Virus record (IMG/VR): IMGVR_UViG_3300037047_000246
Length of the DNA: 64,000 nucleotides
Origin: a virus
Taxonomy: Duplodnaviria; Caudoviricetes
Direction: 5' to 3' (one strand)
In this document: positions 35,840 to 45,311 of the stretch, in pieces
Layout of the letters: every line of letters begins with the position of its first letter
Numbering within the stretch: position 1 is the first letter of the stretch
Translations under genes and position numbers: made by a program
The notes under the pieces: model-generated
What the model saw: only the letters and a program-made list of their open reading frames with translations
Database searches by the model: none
Told to the model about the DNA's origin: nothing

Positions 35840-36820
35840 ATGAGACTACAGGACCATAACGTTATCAAGGCGATCATGGAAGCCATCACCCAGCCCGAGA
35901 TGGACTCCGCCCACATTGAGCGCGACCTGCCGCTCCGGGACGGGCTGCCGGTCACCCGCATCGACGGTGTGCCGTGCGCGATGGACGTCGTCAACGGGGT
36001 GATCCAGGCCGGAGAGGGCCGCGAGCAGCAGTGGTTCGAGGTGCATCTGCGCGACGTGACCCCCAAGCGCTTCCGCTCGCCCGAGGAGCAAACGAAGCTC
36101 GAGCAGGAGCACGAAGACTGGTGGCATGTGTCGTCGAGCCAGCGCTCCGTGTTTGTGCGCAACCGCTCCCGCTCCGGGGCCGTGGAGGACTTTCTGCGCA
36201 GGTTCCCCGGCGAGGCAGCCTCCGGTCTGGACATGCCCGATGCAGAGCTCGCCCGCGGGTTCGAATTCATCGACGACGAGGGGGACCGAATCCGCGCAGA
36301 GTTCATCGCTAAAGAGGTCATGGAGACCGAGGCCGAGGCCGCTCCCGACCCCCAGTATCCGCAGCCAGGTCAGAACTCTGCGAGCTCGCAAGGAGTTGGC
36401 GGTTGCCCGGCCGGCCAGTGCTCCTGCGGCGGGTGCTACCCGGAGCCGTCCGAGGACGAGGAGCAGGACGAACAGGACGACGATATCAACGCGGTCGATC
36501 CGAACGACCCCTACCAGAATCTGAAGCCCGAGGAGTGCTATTTTGGGGTAGCCGGCGAGTCGTGCGGCGGAGACCCGGACAGCAAATGGCTGATGGTGTG
36601 CCCCAAGGACTATTGGGACAAGAACCATCGCGCCTACGACGGCTACCTGGGCAACATCTGGAAGCACTTCCCCAGCTACATGCAGGCGCCTGAGGACATG
36701 GAGTGCACCTGGGCCATCCCGGACGACAAGGGCACCGAAGACGTCGCGATCGACATGACAGTGGCGGGGTTTGAGCGCAACCTGGAGCTGGAAAGTCTGA
36801 TCGAAGCAGAGGAGCCGTGA
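35840..36820 (+). CDS. acidic two-domain hypothetical protein
   Basis: GAGGAGGTGA SD; D/E-rich linker. Confidence 0.85.
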   Translation: MRLQDHNVIKAIMEAITQPEMDSAHIERDLPLRDGLPVTRIDGVPCAMDVVNGVIQAGEGREQQWFEVHLRDVTPKRFRSPEEQTKLEQEHEDWWHVSSSQRSVFVRNRSRSGAVEDFLRRFPGEAASGLDMPDAELARGFEFIDDEGDRIRAEFIAKEVMETEAEAAPDPQYPQPGQNSASSQGVGGCPAGQCSCGGCYPEPSEDEEQDEQDDDINAVDPNDPYQNLKPEECYFGVAGESCGGDPDSKWLMVCPKDYWDKNHRAYDGYLGNIWKHFPSYMQAPEDMECTWAIPDDKGTEDVAIDMTVAGFERNLELESLIEAEEP

Positions 36821-37443
36821 AAGCGCAGTTCGAAGCAGCAGAGGTGAAGGCGCGATTCGAGGCCTATTTGGCACCCATTGGCCTTTACCTGTACTGGACG
36901 TCTTTGACACTTCAGAACCAGAAAGACTTGGTTCGGTCCATAGTTGGCTGCGTGCAAGAACAAGAAGCCGCTCTGCGGAGCGCTAAAATTCAGGCCTACT
37001 GCGTGGCCTCAGGTCACACAGTTTCGATCCGCTTGAAGTGCCGTACAGGCACCAGACGGCTCCAAAAGGTCGTGCCTCGGAAGGGAGCTCCGACAGTCTC
37101 AGAGGTGGTGCTGGCATGCACGCCCCATTTCAAAGTAGTCCCGAACGGCGAAGCGTACGCGGCCCTGCACGCCGCTGCCCGCTGGTTTTCTGTGCTCGAG
37201 CTGGAATCGGCTCTGGGCGATGAGCTGCGAATCAAGATCGACGAGGCGCTGGCTGCACTGCCGACAGCGCAGAAGGCAAAGGCGCTGCAGCAAGCCGAGG
37301 CCAATCGGCACAACACCAGGTTGCGCCAACGGCAGGCGGCTTTGGAGCGGCTGGCGGAGACGATGCGCACCTGGGAGTACGGCGAGTCGGACGTGATGGA
37401 GGCTTGGCGCATGTCTCAAGTGGAAAGGGTGCAGCAGTCATGA
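36817..37443 (+). CDS. hypothetical, extended tag (..DVMEAWRMSQVERVQQS)
   Basis: GTGA overlap; tag. Confidence 0.8.
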   Translation: MKAQFEAAEVKARFEAYLAPIGLYLYWTSLTLQNQKDLVRSIVGCVQEQEAALRSAKIQAYCVASGHTVSIRLKCRTGTRRLQKVVPRKGAPTVSEVVLACTPHFKVVPNGEAYAALHAAARWFSVLELESALGDELRIKIDEALAALPTAQKAKALQQAEANRHNTRLRQRQAALERLAETMRTWEYGESDVMEAWRMSQVERVQQS

Positions 37444-37859
37444 CGTCGTCTCAGTCATCGGTGGTCGGCGCGTGCGAGTCGCAAGTGCTGGCCCTGCTCG
37501 ACTGGTGGGTGGAAAAACACCAGGACGCCATCTTGGGCGTCTTGGAAGGTGCCGATCCGGGCGTCTTCGGCTCGGTGAGCTTGGATGCTGTGGGGTTCAA
37601 AATCCTGGAGCACTGGAGCGGATGGGAGGAGCTGTTCTTCAGGGACGTATATGCCGATTCGTTCGCCGCATTCACCTGGAACCGCTACGACAGCTATTGG
37701 GTGGGCATTAATACCAACGGCGTCAGGCATCTGGACGGGGAGCTGCACGGCCGGATCGGGTTGGTTGCCAAGGAAGCCGGCTGGATCGATAAACATCGCC
37801 GGACCATCCTCGCCACGCAGCGCCGCCTGCGCCAGATCAAGAAAGTGCAGGAAGCATGA
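37440..37859 (+). CDS. hypothetical, tag (..LRQIKKVQEA)
   Basis: ATGA overlap; tag. Confidence 0.75.
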   Translation: MTSSQSSVVGACESQVLALLDWWVEKHQDAILGVLEGADPGVFGSVSLDAVGFKILEHWSGWEELFFRDVYADSFAAFTWNRYDSYWVGINTNGVRHLDGELHGRIGLVAKEAGWIDKHRRTILATQRRLRQIKKVQEA

Positions 37860-37918
37860 AAGACTTGCTGCAAGAGTGCGGGCTGACTCCTGAAGAAGCG
37901 TTCAAATCAGGTCTGTAA
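37856..37918 (+). pseudogene. 5' remnant of DUF4116-like family gene
   Basis: MKDLLQECGLTPEEAFKSGL* vs MKDLLQKHGLTPEEAFKLGL at 55432. Confidence 0.75.
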
Positions 37919-37952
37919 CTACTAATCGCCCGGACTGGGCGAAGGAGGGCGA

Positions 37953-38342
37953 GTGATGCTGGAAGTCAAGCTGGAACTCCTCGTCGAACGCCAGGAGCTA
38001 GGCAGCGAGTCGTACTTTCTGCAGATCGAGGTGGAGTCGAAGGACAACCCGCTGCCGATCGATCGTAAGGAGCTCAAACAGGCGGCGGCGGCGGCGGCTC
38101 TCGCGGGCCTCTCGTCCAGCGAGCCCGCCGACGTCGTGGACCTGTGGTTTGACGGCAAAGATTTGATGGTGTCCGACGACAACGTCGTCCCGGCATACAT
38201 CTCGAAGGTCAAAGTGCTGCGATGGGTGATGGAGACCGCGAGGGTCGACAACTGGTATGTGCACCTGGCGACCGGGCGGTACTTCGCCAAAGACAACTTC
38301 GACCTGGGGAACAACATATGGCATGGCCGGGCGCCCGCTTGA
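37953..38342 (+). CDS. hypothetical protein
   Basis: GGAGG SD. Confidence 0.75.
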   Translation: MMLEVKLELLVERQELGSESYFLQIEVESKDNPLPIDRKELKQAAAAAALAGLSSSEPADVVDLWFDGKDLMVSDDNVVPAYISKVKVLRWVMETARVDNWYVHLATGRYFAKDNFDLGNNIWHGRAPA

Positions 38343-38374
38343 GGTGTCCGGCCATCCAGAATATGCAACATCCC

Positions 38375-38438
38375 TTTGAAGCCGACCTTCGAGCGCAACT
38401 GGAGGTCGGGCCGGCTCGCGCGTACAGAGTGCAGGAGA
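38375..38438 (+). promoter_or_regulatory. 64-bp promoter cassette, copy 1 (63/64 identical to 41172-41235)
   Basis: TCGAGC-N26-CGTAC, AGGAG SD; downstream ORF truncated. Confidence 0.75.
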
Positions 38439-38784
38439 GATGATTGAAATGTCCAAGAAGCGCAAGCCCGAGCCGATGCAGTCATCCTGGTGTCGTACGT
38501 GCCGCTGCTCATGAGCGCCGATCGCGGATCCGCGCGCCTGGCGCGTACCGAACAGCGAGGCGGGCACCGGCCGCTCGGTCAGCCTGGCTGGCTCCCCCGA
38601 GCGGACACGGCCCCGCCCCAATTTTACATCAACCGCGCCGCAAGGCGCGCTGAGGGGTCATGAGACAGCAAGCCGACTTGACGCAGGACCCGGTGGGCCG
38701 AGGCCGTCTCTCTCGGCCAGTTCGAGCTGGCGCAGCAAGGCCCCGAATGCGGCTACATCGTCGAGCAGCTCAAGGAGCAACTCA

Positions 38785-39063
38785 ATGGCTGACAAAGAGC
38801 TGTATCAAGTAGTGACTTTTCTGGATTTCGAGGTGTCTGTGGCGGAGCATGCCGATCCGGTGCAAGCAGTCAACCTGGCGATCGATGCCACTTACCCTGG
38901 AGACCCGACTCACGCCACATACTTCATGGCCGATCCTCGCGAGTGGGAAGCCGGGCAAGAAAACCTGTCGGCCATTGGTCCGACGGACTTCGCGCTGTTG
39001 GTCATCGTAGGTGAAGTTGACACGAATCCATATCCGTTGGGCATCATTCGGAGAAAGAGGTGA
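38785..39063 (+). CDS. hypothetical protein
   Basis: AAGGAG SD. Confidence 0.75.
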   Translation: MADKELYQVVTFLDFEVSVAEHADPVQAVNLAIDATYPGDPTHATYFMADPREWEAGQENLSAIGPTDFALLVIVGEVDTNPYPLGIIRRKR

Positions 39064-39068
39064 CTGGC

Positions 39069-39290
39069 ATGGCGGAGAAGAAAGACACCTACTTCAAGCT
39101 CAATTTGGATCAGGTGGACGAGATCCTGTCCGAATTCGGCATGACGGTGCAGCAGGCTAAGAATGTTGGAGCGGGTGTCCGACGCGCTGGACGAGGCGGC
39201 GAAGGTCCGCAGGGAGCTCGACGAGATGCGCGAAGACCGCTCCGGAGGCCGCTTCCGAGGGTATCCGGTGCAATCCTACACTATCTCTGA
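39069..39290 (+). pseudogene. hypothetical, frameshift near 39162
   Basis: QQAK|MLERVSDALDEAAKVRREL continues in another frame. Confidence 0.5.
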
Positions 39291-39339
39291 GGCCCGCCGC
39301 AGGTCAGCGCGCCTGGCGCGTACTGGGCCAGGAGGTGAC
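39287..39339 (+). promoter_or_regulatory. bipartite promoter-like element
   Basis: CTGAGG-N26-CGTACTG...GGAGGTGA. Confidence 0.7.
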
Positions 39340-39343
39340 TCGC

Positions 39344-39757
39344 ATGCCGAGAGCGAAGCAAGCCAAGAGCAGAGCAGCAGTCGCGCAGGTGATGCTCGAC
39401 CTGCCCGAGGACCTGAAGGCGCCGGAGGGTTTGTCCGAGCGCAGCCTGCAGGCCTGGGAAACCATCGTGCAGTTCCTGGTCGCCAACGACCTGACTTACA
39501 CTGGCGGCTGCGGGGCGTTCATGGACCCGAAGGAGTGGAAGGAACGCGGCGGCGAGTATGGAACGGAGTCCGTGCTCGTCATCTTCCACGAGGGCTCCGA
39601 GGTCGGCCAAGCGTTCTCGATGGACGACTGCTACGAGCGCGGAGGCGGGGCGAACTGCTACGCCAAGCTCGAGGCGATGTCGGACGAGCTGGCGAAGATC
39701 GGGCTGTTCGCCGAGCAGTGCACGCGGCGCTACTCGGCCGTCTACGAAATCAAGTGA
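39344..39757 (+). CDS. hypothetical phage protein
   Basis: SD and promoter motif. Confidence 0.8.
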   Translation: MPRAKQAKSRAAVAQVMLDLPEDLKAPEGLSERSLQAWETIVQFLVANDLTYTGGCGAFMDPKEWKERGGEYGTESVLVIFHEGSEVGQAFSMDDCYERGGGANCYAKLEAMSDELAKIGLFAEQCTRRYSAVYEIK

Positions 39758-39766
39758 GGTGGCGCC

Positions 39767-39979
39767 GTGAAGAAAGCGATGCTCAAGCGACTGGGACTGA
39801 AGAGCGTGACTCCTTGGAGCAACGGCCGAGATCCTACGGAGTTCGGGTGGGTCATCGATGGCGAGAACTGGACGGCGGACAGCCTGAACGCAGATAACGC
39901 TCCGGGAAATCTCGTCGACGTGGCCAAAGAAGAGGGATATGGCGACGACGTAACGGGGTTTCTGCAAGACCGCTGCTGA
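39767..39979 (+). CDS. small hypothetical
   Basis: GAGGTG SD. Confidence 0.65.
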   Translation: MKKAMLKRLGLKSVTPWSNGRDPTEFGWVIDGENWTADSLNADNAPGNLVDVAKEEGYGDDVTGFLQDRC

Positions 39980-40046
39980 CTGCGCAGTATATGCCAGGCA
40001 GTTCGCGAATATGTGCCATGACATGCGCCCGTACGCGCGGAGTCCG

Positions 40047-40100
40047 CCGAATCCAGCCGGGAGCCGAGCGGCGCCCGCCGTACCGGGCGCAGGAGGTGAC
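40047..40100 (+). promoter_or_regulatory. bipartite promoter-like element
   Basis: CCGAAT-N26-CGTACCG...GGAGGTGA. Confidence 0.6.
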
Positions 40101-40103
40101 GAA

Positions 40104-40424
40104 ATGTCGAGCCAGACCAAGCCGTACCGAGCAGCGGGCATCTTCTACACGACGTACCAGAATGAACCGTCGCAGCCGTTCTGCCTGGAGCTGCGCCGCG
40201 GCCAAGCGGCCGAAGACTTGGCAGAGTTTTACCGCAAGTCCTGCCAGGATCCGGAGGATCCGGACGCGTTTCAGCCGGGCGTGCTGTCGGCCGAGGAGTA
40301 CTACGGAGACGTCGCGATGCGCGGGCCTGACGACGAGGAGTCCGAGATCCTGTTCGTGACGTTCGCCGACGAGGACCGGGTCGAGGCGCTGGCCGAGCTC
40401 GACTTGCCGGCAGAGGAGTCATGA
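40104..40424 (+). CDS. acidic hypothetical protein
   Basis: SD and promoter motif. Confidence 0.75.
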   Translation: MSSQTKPYRAAGIFYTTYQNEPSQPFCLELRRGQAAEDLAEFYRKSCQDPEDPDAFQPGVLSAEEYYGDVAMRGPDDEESEILFVTFADEDRVEALAELDLPAEES

Positions 40425-40864
40425 AAGTCAAGCTTGTCAAGCTCGAGCTAATACATACCGGCGCGGCCATCGTGGACGTGGCGTTCCTGCTGCCAGGGTG
40501 CAAACGCAGCCGCGAGGTCAAGTTCTTCGTCCGAATGCAGGGCGGCGTCCTCGCCGTCGATGTGCATCCGATTCCGCTCAGCGTGCCCAAAAACATCAGG
40601 CAGCGGCTTGGAGAGGCAGGTTGGGAGCGCATCCGTGCCGAGAGCTTCCGGCTATTCGCAGAAGCCGGAGGTCCGAAAGCCCTAGCCGAGCGCATGACCA
40701 AAAGCGAAGCAGAAGACCGCCAGCGCCTGATCCAGGAGGCCACCACATCGGTGAAGTATGCTGCGGCGAAGCTGCTGCGGTGCAAGCTGGGATGCCAAGA
40801 TGCAGAGGACATCGTTCGAGATGTGGTTCGAGAAGTGTTCGTCAAACAAGTCATGCAAAGCTGA
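40421..40864 (+). CDS. hypothetical, extended tag (..DIVRDVVREVFVKQVMQS)
   Basis: ATGA overlap; tag. Confidence 0.8.
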   Translation: MKVKLVKLELIHTGAAIVDVAFLLPGCKRSREVKFFVRMQGGVLAVDVHPIPLSVPKNIRQRLGEAGWERIRAESFRLFAEAGGPKALAERMTKSEAEDRQRLIQEATTSVKYAAAKLLRCKLGCQDAEDIVRDVVREVFVKQVMQS

Positions 40865-41171
40865 CTTTTGAACACCCCCGGCTGAAGCGGATCGGAGGGC
40901 CGAGCGCTGCGCGCGTAGCGGCGAGTGCGACAGACGCGGGCAACGGCCGACGACCCGCCAACCAATTCGCTGAAACATGGAGGTCTGCATGCACTGGCAT
41001 TAGGCGTGACTCCGCAAGGGTGCCGCGTTCCGCTCGTGGCGGCGCCCCAGGAGAAGCAAGCGCGAGGGCCGGCGGACATGATCACTCCGTCGGATGGCGT
41101 GGCCGGGCATCCTCTGCAACCTTCGGGTCGACGCGGAGGCTGGCCCGGCCACCGTCGCGCCGGGGATCCCT

Positions 41172-41235
41172 TTTGAAGCCGACCTTCGAGCGCAACTGGA
41201 GGTCGGGCCGGCTCGCGCGTACCGAGTGCAGGAGA
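41172..41235 (+). promoter_or_regulatory. 64-bp promoter cassette, copy 2
   Basis: 63/64 identical to 38375-38438. Confidence 0.75.
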
Positions 41236-41241
41236 TGACGC

Positions 41242-41619
41242 ATGGCGAAGAGAAAGACCCCTGAGCAGATTGTCGCCGAAGTGCATGAGCACAATCCGGA
41301 CGGGCTCGACATCGGCGTGCCGGTCGACTACGCGCCGTCCGACGGCGAGGTGGACAACATCGTCTATCTGGTGTGCAAATACGCCGCGAACTGGCCCATG
41401 CGCGGCGCGGACTTGGCCATCTGCAAGATGATGGCCGGCGAGATGCGAGGGCGCGAGGGCATTGAGCAGCTCGTGCGCGTGACGTGCGAGTACGTCTGGG
41501 ACCATATCTGCGGCGAGCCCAAGAAGCCGACGGCCAAAGACTTTTTCAAGCACATGAAGCCTCTTCTCGAGGAGTGGTATAGCAAAACCTCGGCGGACGA
41601 CAGGAGCAAAACGTCATGA
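41242..41619 (+). CDS. hypothetical protein
   Basis: AGGAG SD; N-terminus resembles 42100 ORF (AEVHE). Confidence 0.8.
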   Translation: MAKRKTPEQIVAEVHEHNPDGLDIGVPVDYAPSDGEVDNIVYLVCKYAANWPMRGADLAICKMMAGEMRGREGIEQLVRVTCEYVWDHICGEPKKPTAKDFFKHMKPLLEEWYSKTSADDRSKTS

Positions 41620-41687
41620 CCCGTGCTCGACCTGTGGCGCGAGGTGATCGCCAGAGATCTCGGAGCCTTGAGTTGAAGGAGGATGGA

Positions 41688-41807
41688 ATGAAGGCACTGC
41701 TGGCGAAGTATGGGATGACTCCGGAGCAAGTATACGAAACCGGTGTGTTTTGTGCGTTGGATCTGTGTGCAAGACTCATAATCTTGCAGCCACGACGCAG
41801 ATCGTAG
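41688..41807 (+). pseudogene. 5' remnant of DUF4116-like family gene
   Basis: MKALLAKYGMTPEQVYETGVFCALDLC. Confidence 0.65.
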
Positions 41808-41846
41808 CCCGGCTGACGTATCGCCCGCCGGAAGGAGCAAGAAGTC

Positions 41847-42077
41847 ATGATTCAGATCACCACCATCACGCGCGGCTACTTGACTCACGCCGACCGCAAG
41901 CGCGCCATCAAGCACCTCCGTCGCCGCGGCTATGATCACTTCGTCGAGTACCGGGACACGGCCGCGAAGTACGCGCTGTGCTACGGCAAGTACATCCGGC
42001 TCGAGCGGATGCAATGCCAGGACCTGCTCGGGCTGGCCGCCGGGCCGGTCCAGCTTCCCCTGGCAGGAGTTCGGTGA
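41847..42077 (+). CDS. small hypothetical
   Basis: AAGGAG SD. Confidence 0.6.
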   Translation: MIQITTITRGYLTHADRKRAIKHLRRRGYDHFVEYRDTAAKYALCYGKYIRLERMQCQDLLGLAAGPVQLPLAGVR

Positions 42078-42099
42078 TGTCCGGCGGGAGGGACGACTG

Positions 42100-42462
42100 A
42101 TGACAGACGAAGACAAACTGATTGCCGAAGTGCACGAGGAAGAGATCAAGAAGATCTTTCTGTTCGTCCGCGGTCCGCTGGACAATGCCATATCTTGGGC
42201 TGAGCTCTGGACTCAGCGGCAGGCTGAGGACTACGTCAAGCACGACCTGGCGAAAGCCGGCGTTCTAGGGAAGCCTTTCGAATCGTACAGGGTGGAGCGC
42301 CACCGGGAAGAGAGCGAGGTCTCCATCTTGATCTGGGGCGAAGACAGTCCGAGCGTCCAGCTCGACGACTACGGAGACAAGAAAGGCCTGCTCGTAAAGC
42401 TGGATGGCAAAGAAGTCTTCAGCAATCTTCGACCCATCGAAGATGATGAGGAGGTCGAATGA
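42100..42462 (+). CDS. hypothetical protein
   Basis: GGAGG SD. Confidence 0.75.
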   Translation: MTDEDKLIAEVHEEEIKKIFLFVRGPLDNAISWAELWTQRQAEDYVKHDLAKAGVLGKPFESYRVERHREESEVSILIWGEDSPSVQLDDYGDKKGLLVKLDGKEVFSNLRPIEDDEEVE

Positions 42463-42902
42463 AGACCGTGCTCACCATCGGCGGGTTCATCGCGGCGGCG
42501 GTCTTGGCTTGCATGGCTCTGGTCTTGGTGGGGGCCTTGAACCTGGTGCTCAACGGCTACCACTCGGAGTGCGGCATCTGGGAGAACGCGGTGCCGTTCG
42601 CTTGCAACCCCGGCAAGAAGCCTGAGGGGAAAGCCAACGTCGCCCGCCCTGCCCCGCCCGCCAAGGCCTCCTTGAAGGCGTCCGCCGCGCCGCAAAGGCC
42701 GGCCGGCCGCCTCGCGCCGCAGAAAGCAGCCGCAGTTTCAAAGCCCTCAAACAATCCGTACACGGGCCGGCGAGAGCCTTGGGGCTGCGGCCCGCTTCAA
42801 GCCGAGCCTTACCGGGTGCAGTGCGTCAACGGGATCTGCTACCACGACCCTGGATTTCGCGCAAACTGCGGCCTGGCGCACGACTGGAGGGACGGGCAAT
42901 GA
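42459..42902 (+). CDS. secreted or membrane-anchored Cys/Pro/Ala-rich protein
   Basis: hydrophobic N-terminus, Cys pairs. Confidence 0.7.
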   Translation: MKTVLTIGGFIAAAVLACMALVLVGALNLVLNGYHSECGIWENAVPFACNPGKKPEGKANVARPAPPAKASLKASAAPQRPAGRLAPQKAAAVSKPSNNPYTGRREPWGCGPLQAEPYRVQCVNGICYHDPGFRANCGLAHDWRDGQ

Positions 42903-43505
42903 AGACTCGGCAAGAGTTGCTGAACTTGATCCAGCAGTCGTCCGACGACCTGCTCAAAGCGATGTCGGATGCCGTTCAGCTACATAGGCATAATGTCAAC
43001 AGTCAGCTGCAGCAAGAGCAAAAAATATAAGAAGCCCGCAATCGCATCGCGAAAGACCGTGCGGGCTTCAAGCGGCTTCTGCTGCGCTCGAAGCTGCAGG
43101 TGGCCCGGGTCAAGGGCTATGAGCTGCGCAAGTGGAATCTGCGTTTGATCGACGCCAGCCCGGTCGCCCAAGTCCCGGTCGTGCACGAGATCACGCTCTG
43201 CTCGGGCGACTACAGCGACTACAAGCTCGAGGAGCTGCTGCGAATTGCGGTGGCCAAAGAATACCAGGTGCCATGGTTTATGGGTAGTAACGGGCAAAAG
43301 ACTCGAAGTTGCCCGAAGCATGCATCCGGACGTCTGGTCCAAGGCGATGAAGCGGCTGCGCCGCAAGGCCGCTTGGATGACCGCCATGGACGCGGCCCGA
43401 TGCACGGCCAACCCGGCCGCACAGCACATGTCCAAAGACAAGCTGCTGGAGCTGGTCGGCCGCGCGTACGACAACGTGGTCCTGAAAGCAGTGCAGGATG
43501 TCTGA
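42899..43505 (+). pseudogene. tagged gene (..NVVLKAVQDV) with in-frame TAA at 43028 and frameshift near 43280
   Basis: three ORF-track pieces join into one reading frame. Confidence 0.7.
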
Positions 43506-43866
43506 GCGCCTCAGGCCGTCCAGACGCCAGCTGGCGCAGGAGCTTGAAATGAGCGTCGAGATTCTGGAGTTCATGTTGGGTCTGGACCACTTCAGGCTGC
43601 GCTGGCGCAATCCGCTGCACGGCCCGGAGCGCAGCGAAGTCTACCGGTTCAGGCTCACTCCGGGCCGCAAGCAGCTGTCTGTGGCCACGACCGGATTCCC
43701 TTCGTTTGCGCCTCCGCCCGAGCTGCGCCAAGCGCTGGAAAAAGCCGGACACTGGACGGCGATCCGAGACCAGCTGATTCGCCAGGAGCTGGATGCCCTG
43801 GCCGCGCAATTCGGCGAGACGGTGCTGGCGCAGATTATGAAGTCAAGACGCGGCAGGCGCACTTGA
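43498..43866 (+). CDS. hypothetical protein
   Basis: coupled start. Confidence 0.65.
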   Translation: MSERLRPSRRQLAQELEMSVEILEFMLGLDHFRLRWRNPLHGPERSEVYRFRLTPGRKQLSVATTGFPSFAPPPELRQALEKAGHWTAIRDQLIRQELDALAAQFGETVLAQIMKSRRGRRT

Positions 43867-44129
43867 CAGCAAGGGCAGTGTTTGATCTTTCATTTGCGGC
43901 AACCTGCATGAGCAACATTCACGTGCGCGTCGCCGCTAGGGCGATTCAAGCAGCTCGATTCGAAGTCGATGGCCAGCCGTTCGACGAGCTTTATCTGGCT
44001 GCCCAAGAGGCGGAGTTTGCCCACTCGGACGACGGACAGCCGCACCAAGTGCTGGCCGTCGTGGACGACGAGCACGGCATGTTTTCGGCTGGAGAAGTGG
44101 TCTACACGTCCAAAGGCGCGCCGGAGTAG
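43863..44129 (+). CDS. small hypothetical
   Basis: coupled TTG start. Confidence 0.55.
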   Translation: MTARAVFDLSFAATCMSNIHVRVAARAIQAARFEVDGQPFDELYLAAQEAEFAHSDDGQPHQVLAVVDDEHGMFSAGEVVYTSKGAPE

Positions 44130-44187
44130 CCGCGCAGGCTTGCATGCTTGGCGCGCAGGTGCGCTGTAAAGTCAGGGAGGTGACAAC

Positions 44188-44340
44188 ATGCACGCCTGCG
44201 GAAACCCTTTGCACGACGTTCCCCTGTACATCGTCATGGCGCTGCCGTTCTTGGCGCCCCTGCTGGTGTGGCTGAAGATGAAGTTCGGCCGCCGCTGCGA
44301 ATGCGGACACGACCACGCGCAAGACCACGAGCATACCTGA
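44188..44340 (+). CDS. 50-aa membrane peptide with His-rich tail
   Basis: GGAGGTGACAACATG; MHACGNPLHDVPLYIVMALPFLAPLLVWL..HDHAQDHEH. Confidence 0.65.
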   Translation: MHACGNPLHDVPLYIVMALPFLAPLLVWLKMKFGRRCECGHDHAQDHEHT

Positions 44341-44353
44341 CTTCGTCTGCGCG

Positions 44354-44406
44354 TCGAAGGGCCGGAGGAGATGCGGCGCGGCGGCGCGTACCTGTGCCGA
44401 GAGGTG
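44354..44406 (+). promoter_or_regulatory. bipartite promoter-like element
   Basis: TCGAAG-N27-CGTACC...GAGGTG. Confidence 0.65.
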
Positions 44407-44410
44407 CCGC

Positions 44411-44689
44411 ATGCTTCGAGATCGCAAAAATTTGAAGGACCTGGAGTTTGCAGCTGTGCTGCAGTTCGGCGTTCAGGCGGCGCGCTTGCGGTGCACTTCG
44501 GCTGAGCAAAACAGTCTGGGGTTTGTCAATCTCGACAAATCTGGCAATTCGACGCATGAGCAGTTGTCCATATCGTTCATGTCGTCCCGCGAAGTCGGGT
44601 TCGACCGGGTCATGTGCGGACTGTTGCACGCTGCTTACGGCGAGCAGTTCACTGGCTACAGGCATGACTACTGGATGCAATGCGGCTAG
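44411..44689 (+). CDS. small hypothetical
   Basis: SD and promoter motif. Confidence 0.65.
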   Translation: MLRDRKNLKDLEFAAVLQFGVQAARLRCTSAEQNSLGFVNLDKSGNSTHEQLSISFMSSREVGFDRVMCGLLHAAYGEQFTGYRHDYWMQCG

Positions 44690-44787
44690 CCACCATCTGC
44701 CTGAAGCTGGCGGCGTTCCTGGACATGATTGAAGTGGACGCACTTTGAGAGGTCATAAGAACAACGAGTAGGCTGAGGAGAAGCGTC

Positions 44788-45036
44788 ATGGACCCGAACG
44801 CAGCACGGATGAGGCAAGCGCAGAAGCAATTGGCTGCAGACTGGAACAAGAAACACCGAGTGGGTACGCCAGTGCGATACTGGCTCTCTGACAAACAAGT
44901 CGCGGCCGACGGCGAATCGGTCACAGGGACCGGGTCCGCAGTGCTGGGAGGCCGGGCAGGCGTGTTCGTGAAGGGTGTGGCGCATTTTGTGCCGCTGGAA
45001 ATGCTCGAGCCGATAGAGCCTGAGCAAAAGAGCTGA
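44788..45036 (+). CDS. small SH3-like phage protein
   Basis: WN..H.VGTPVRY..LGG.AGVFV.G. Confidence 0.65.
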   Translation: MDPNAARMRQAQKQLAADWNKKHRVGTPVRYWLSDKQVAADGESVTGTGSAVLGGRAGVFVKGVAHFVPLEMLEPIEPEQKS

Positions 45037-45038
45037 TT

Positions 45039-45311
45039 ATGAACCAGTTCAAGTTCAAGTTCAAGCCCGAGCGCGACGCCAAGGGCAACGCCGTCTTTGA
45101 TCCGCACCGCCCGTGGTGCTGCTGCTGGTCAGCAGCAGGCTTCTGCGGCCGACCAGCCAGGTTCTTGTGGTGCAACTTGGCGCGCCCCTCGCTGCAGGTG
45201 GGAGGAGGTGTGATGGCGCTGTGCAATCAGCACAACTGGAAGGCAGGTTACGACCAGTGGCGCCGAGTGACGGCCGACGAGCTGGACGTGCTGCTGGTGC
45301 ATGAGGTCTGA
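45039..45311 (+). CDS. small Cys/His putative Zn-binding protein, tag (..ELDVLLVHEV)
   Basis: CCW..CGRPARF..LCNQH. Confidence 0.75.
   Translation: MNQFKFKFKPERDAKGNAVFDPHRPWCCCWSAAGFCGRPARFLWCNLARPSLQVGGGVMALCNQHNWKAGYDQWRRVTADELDVLLVHEV

Noticed and set aside
39742-41553. 603-aa minus-strand ORF
   Set aside because: Crosses several + genes that have clear SDs and promoters; no motif.
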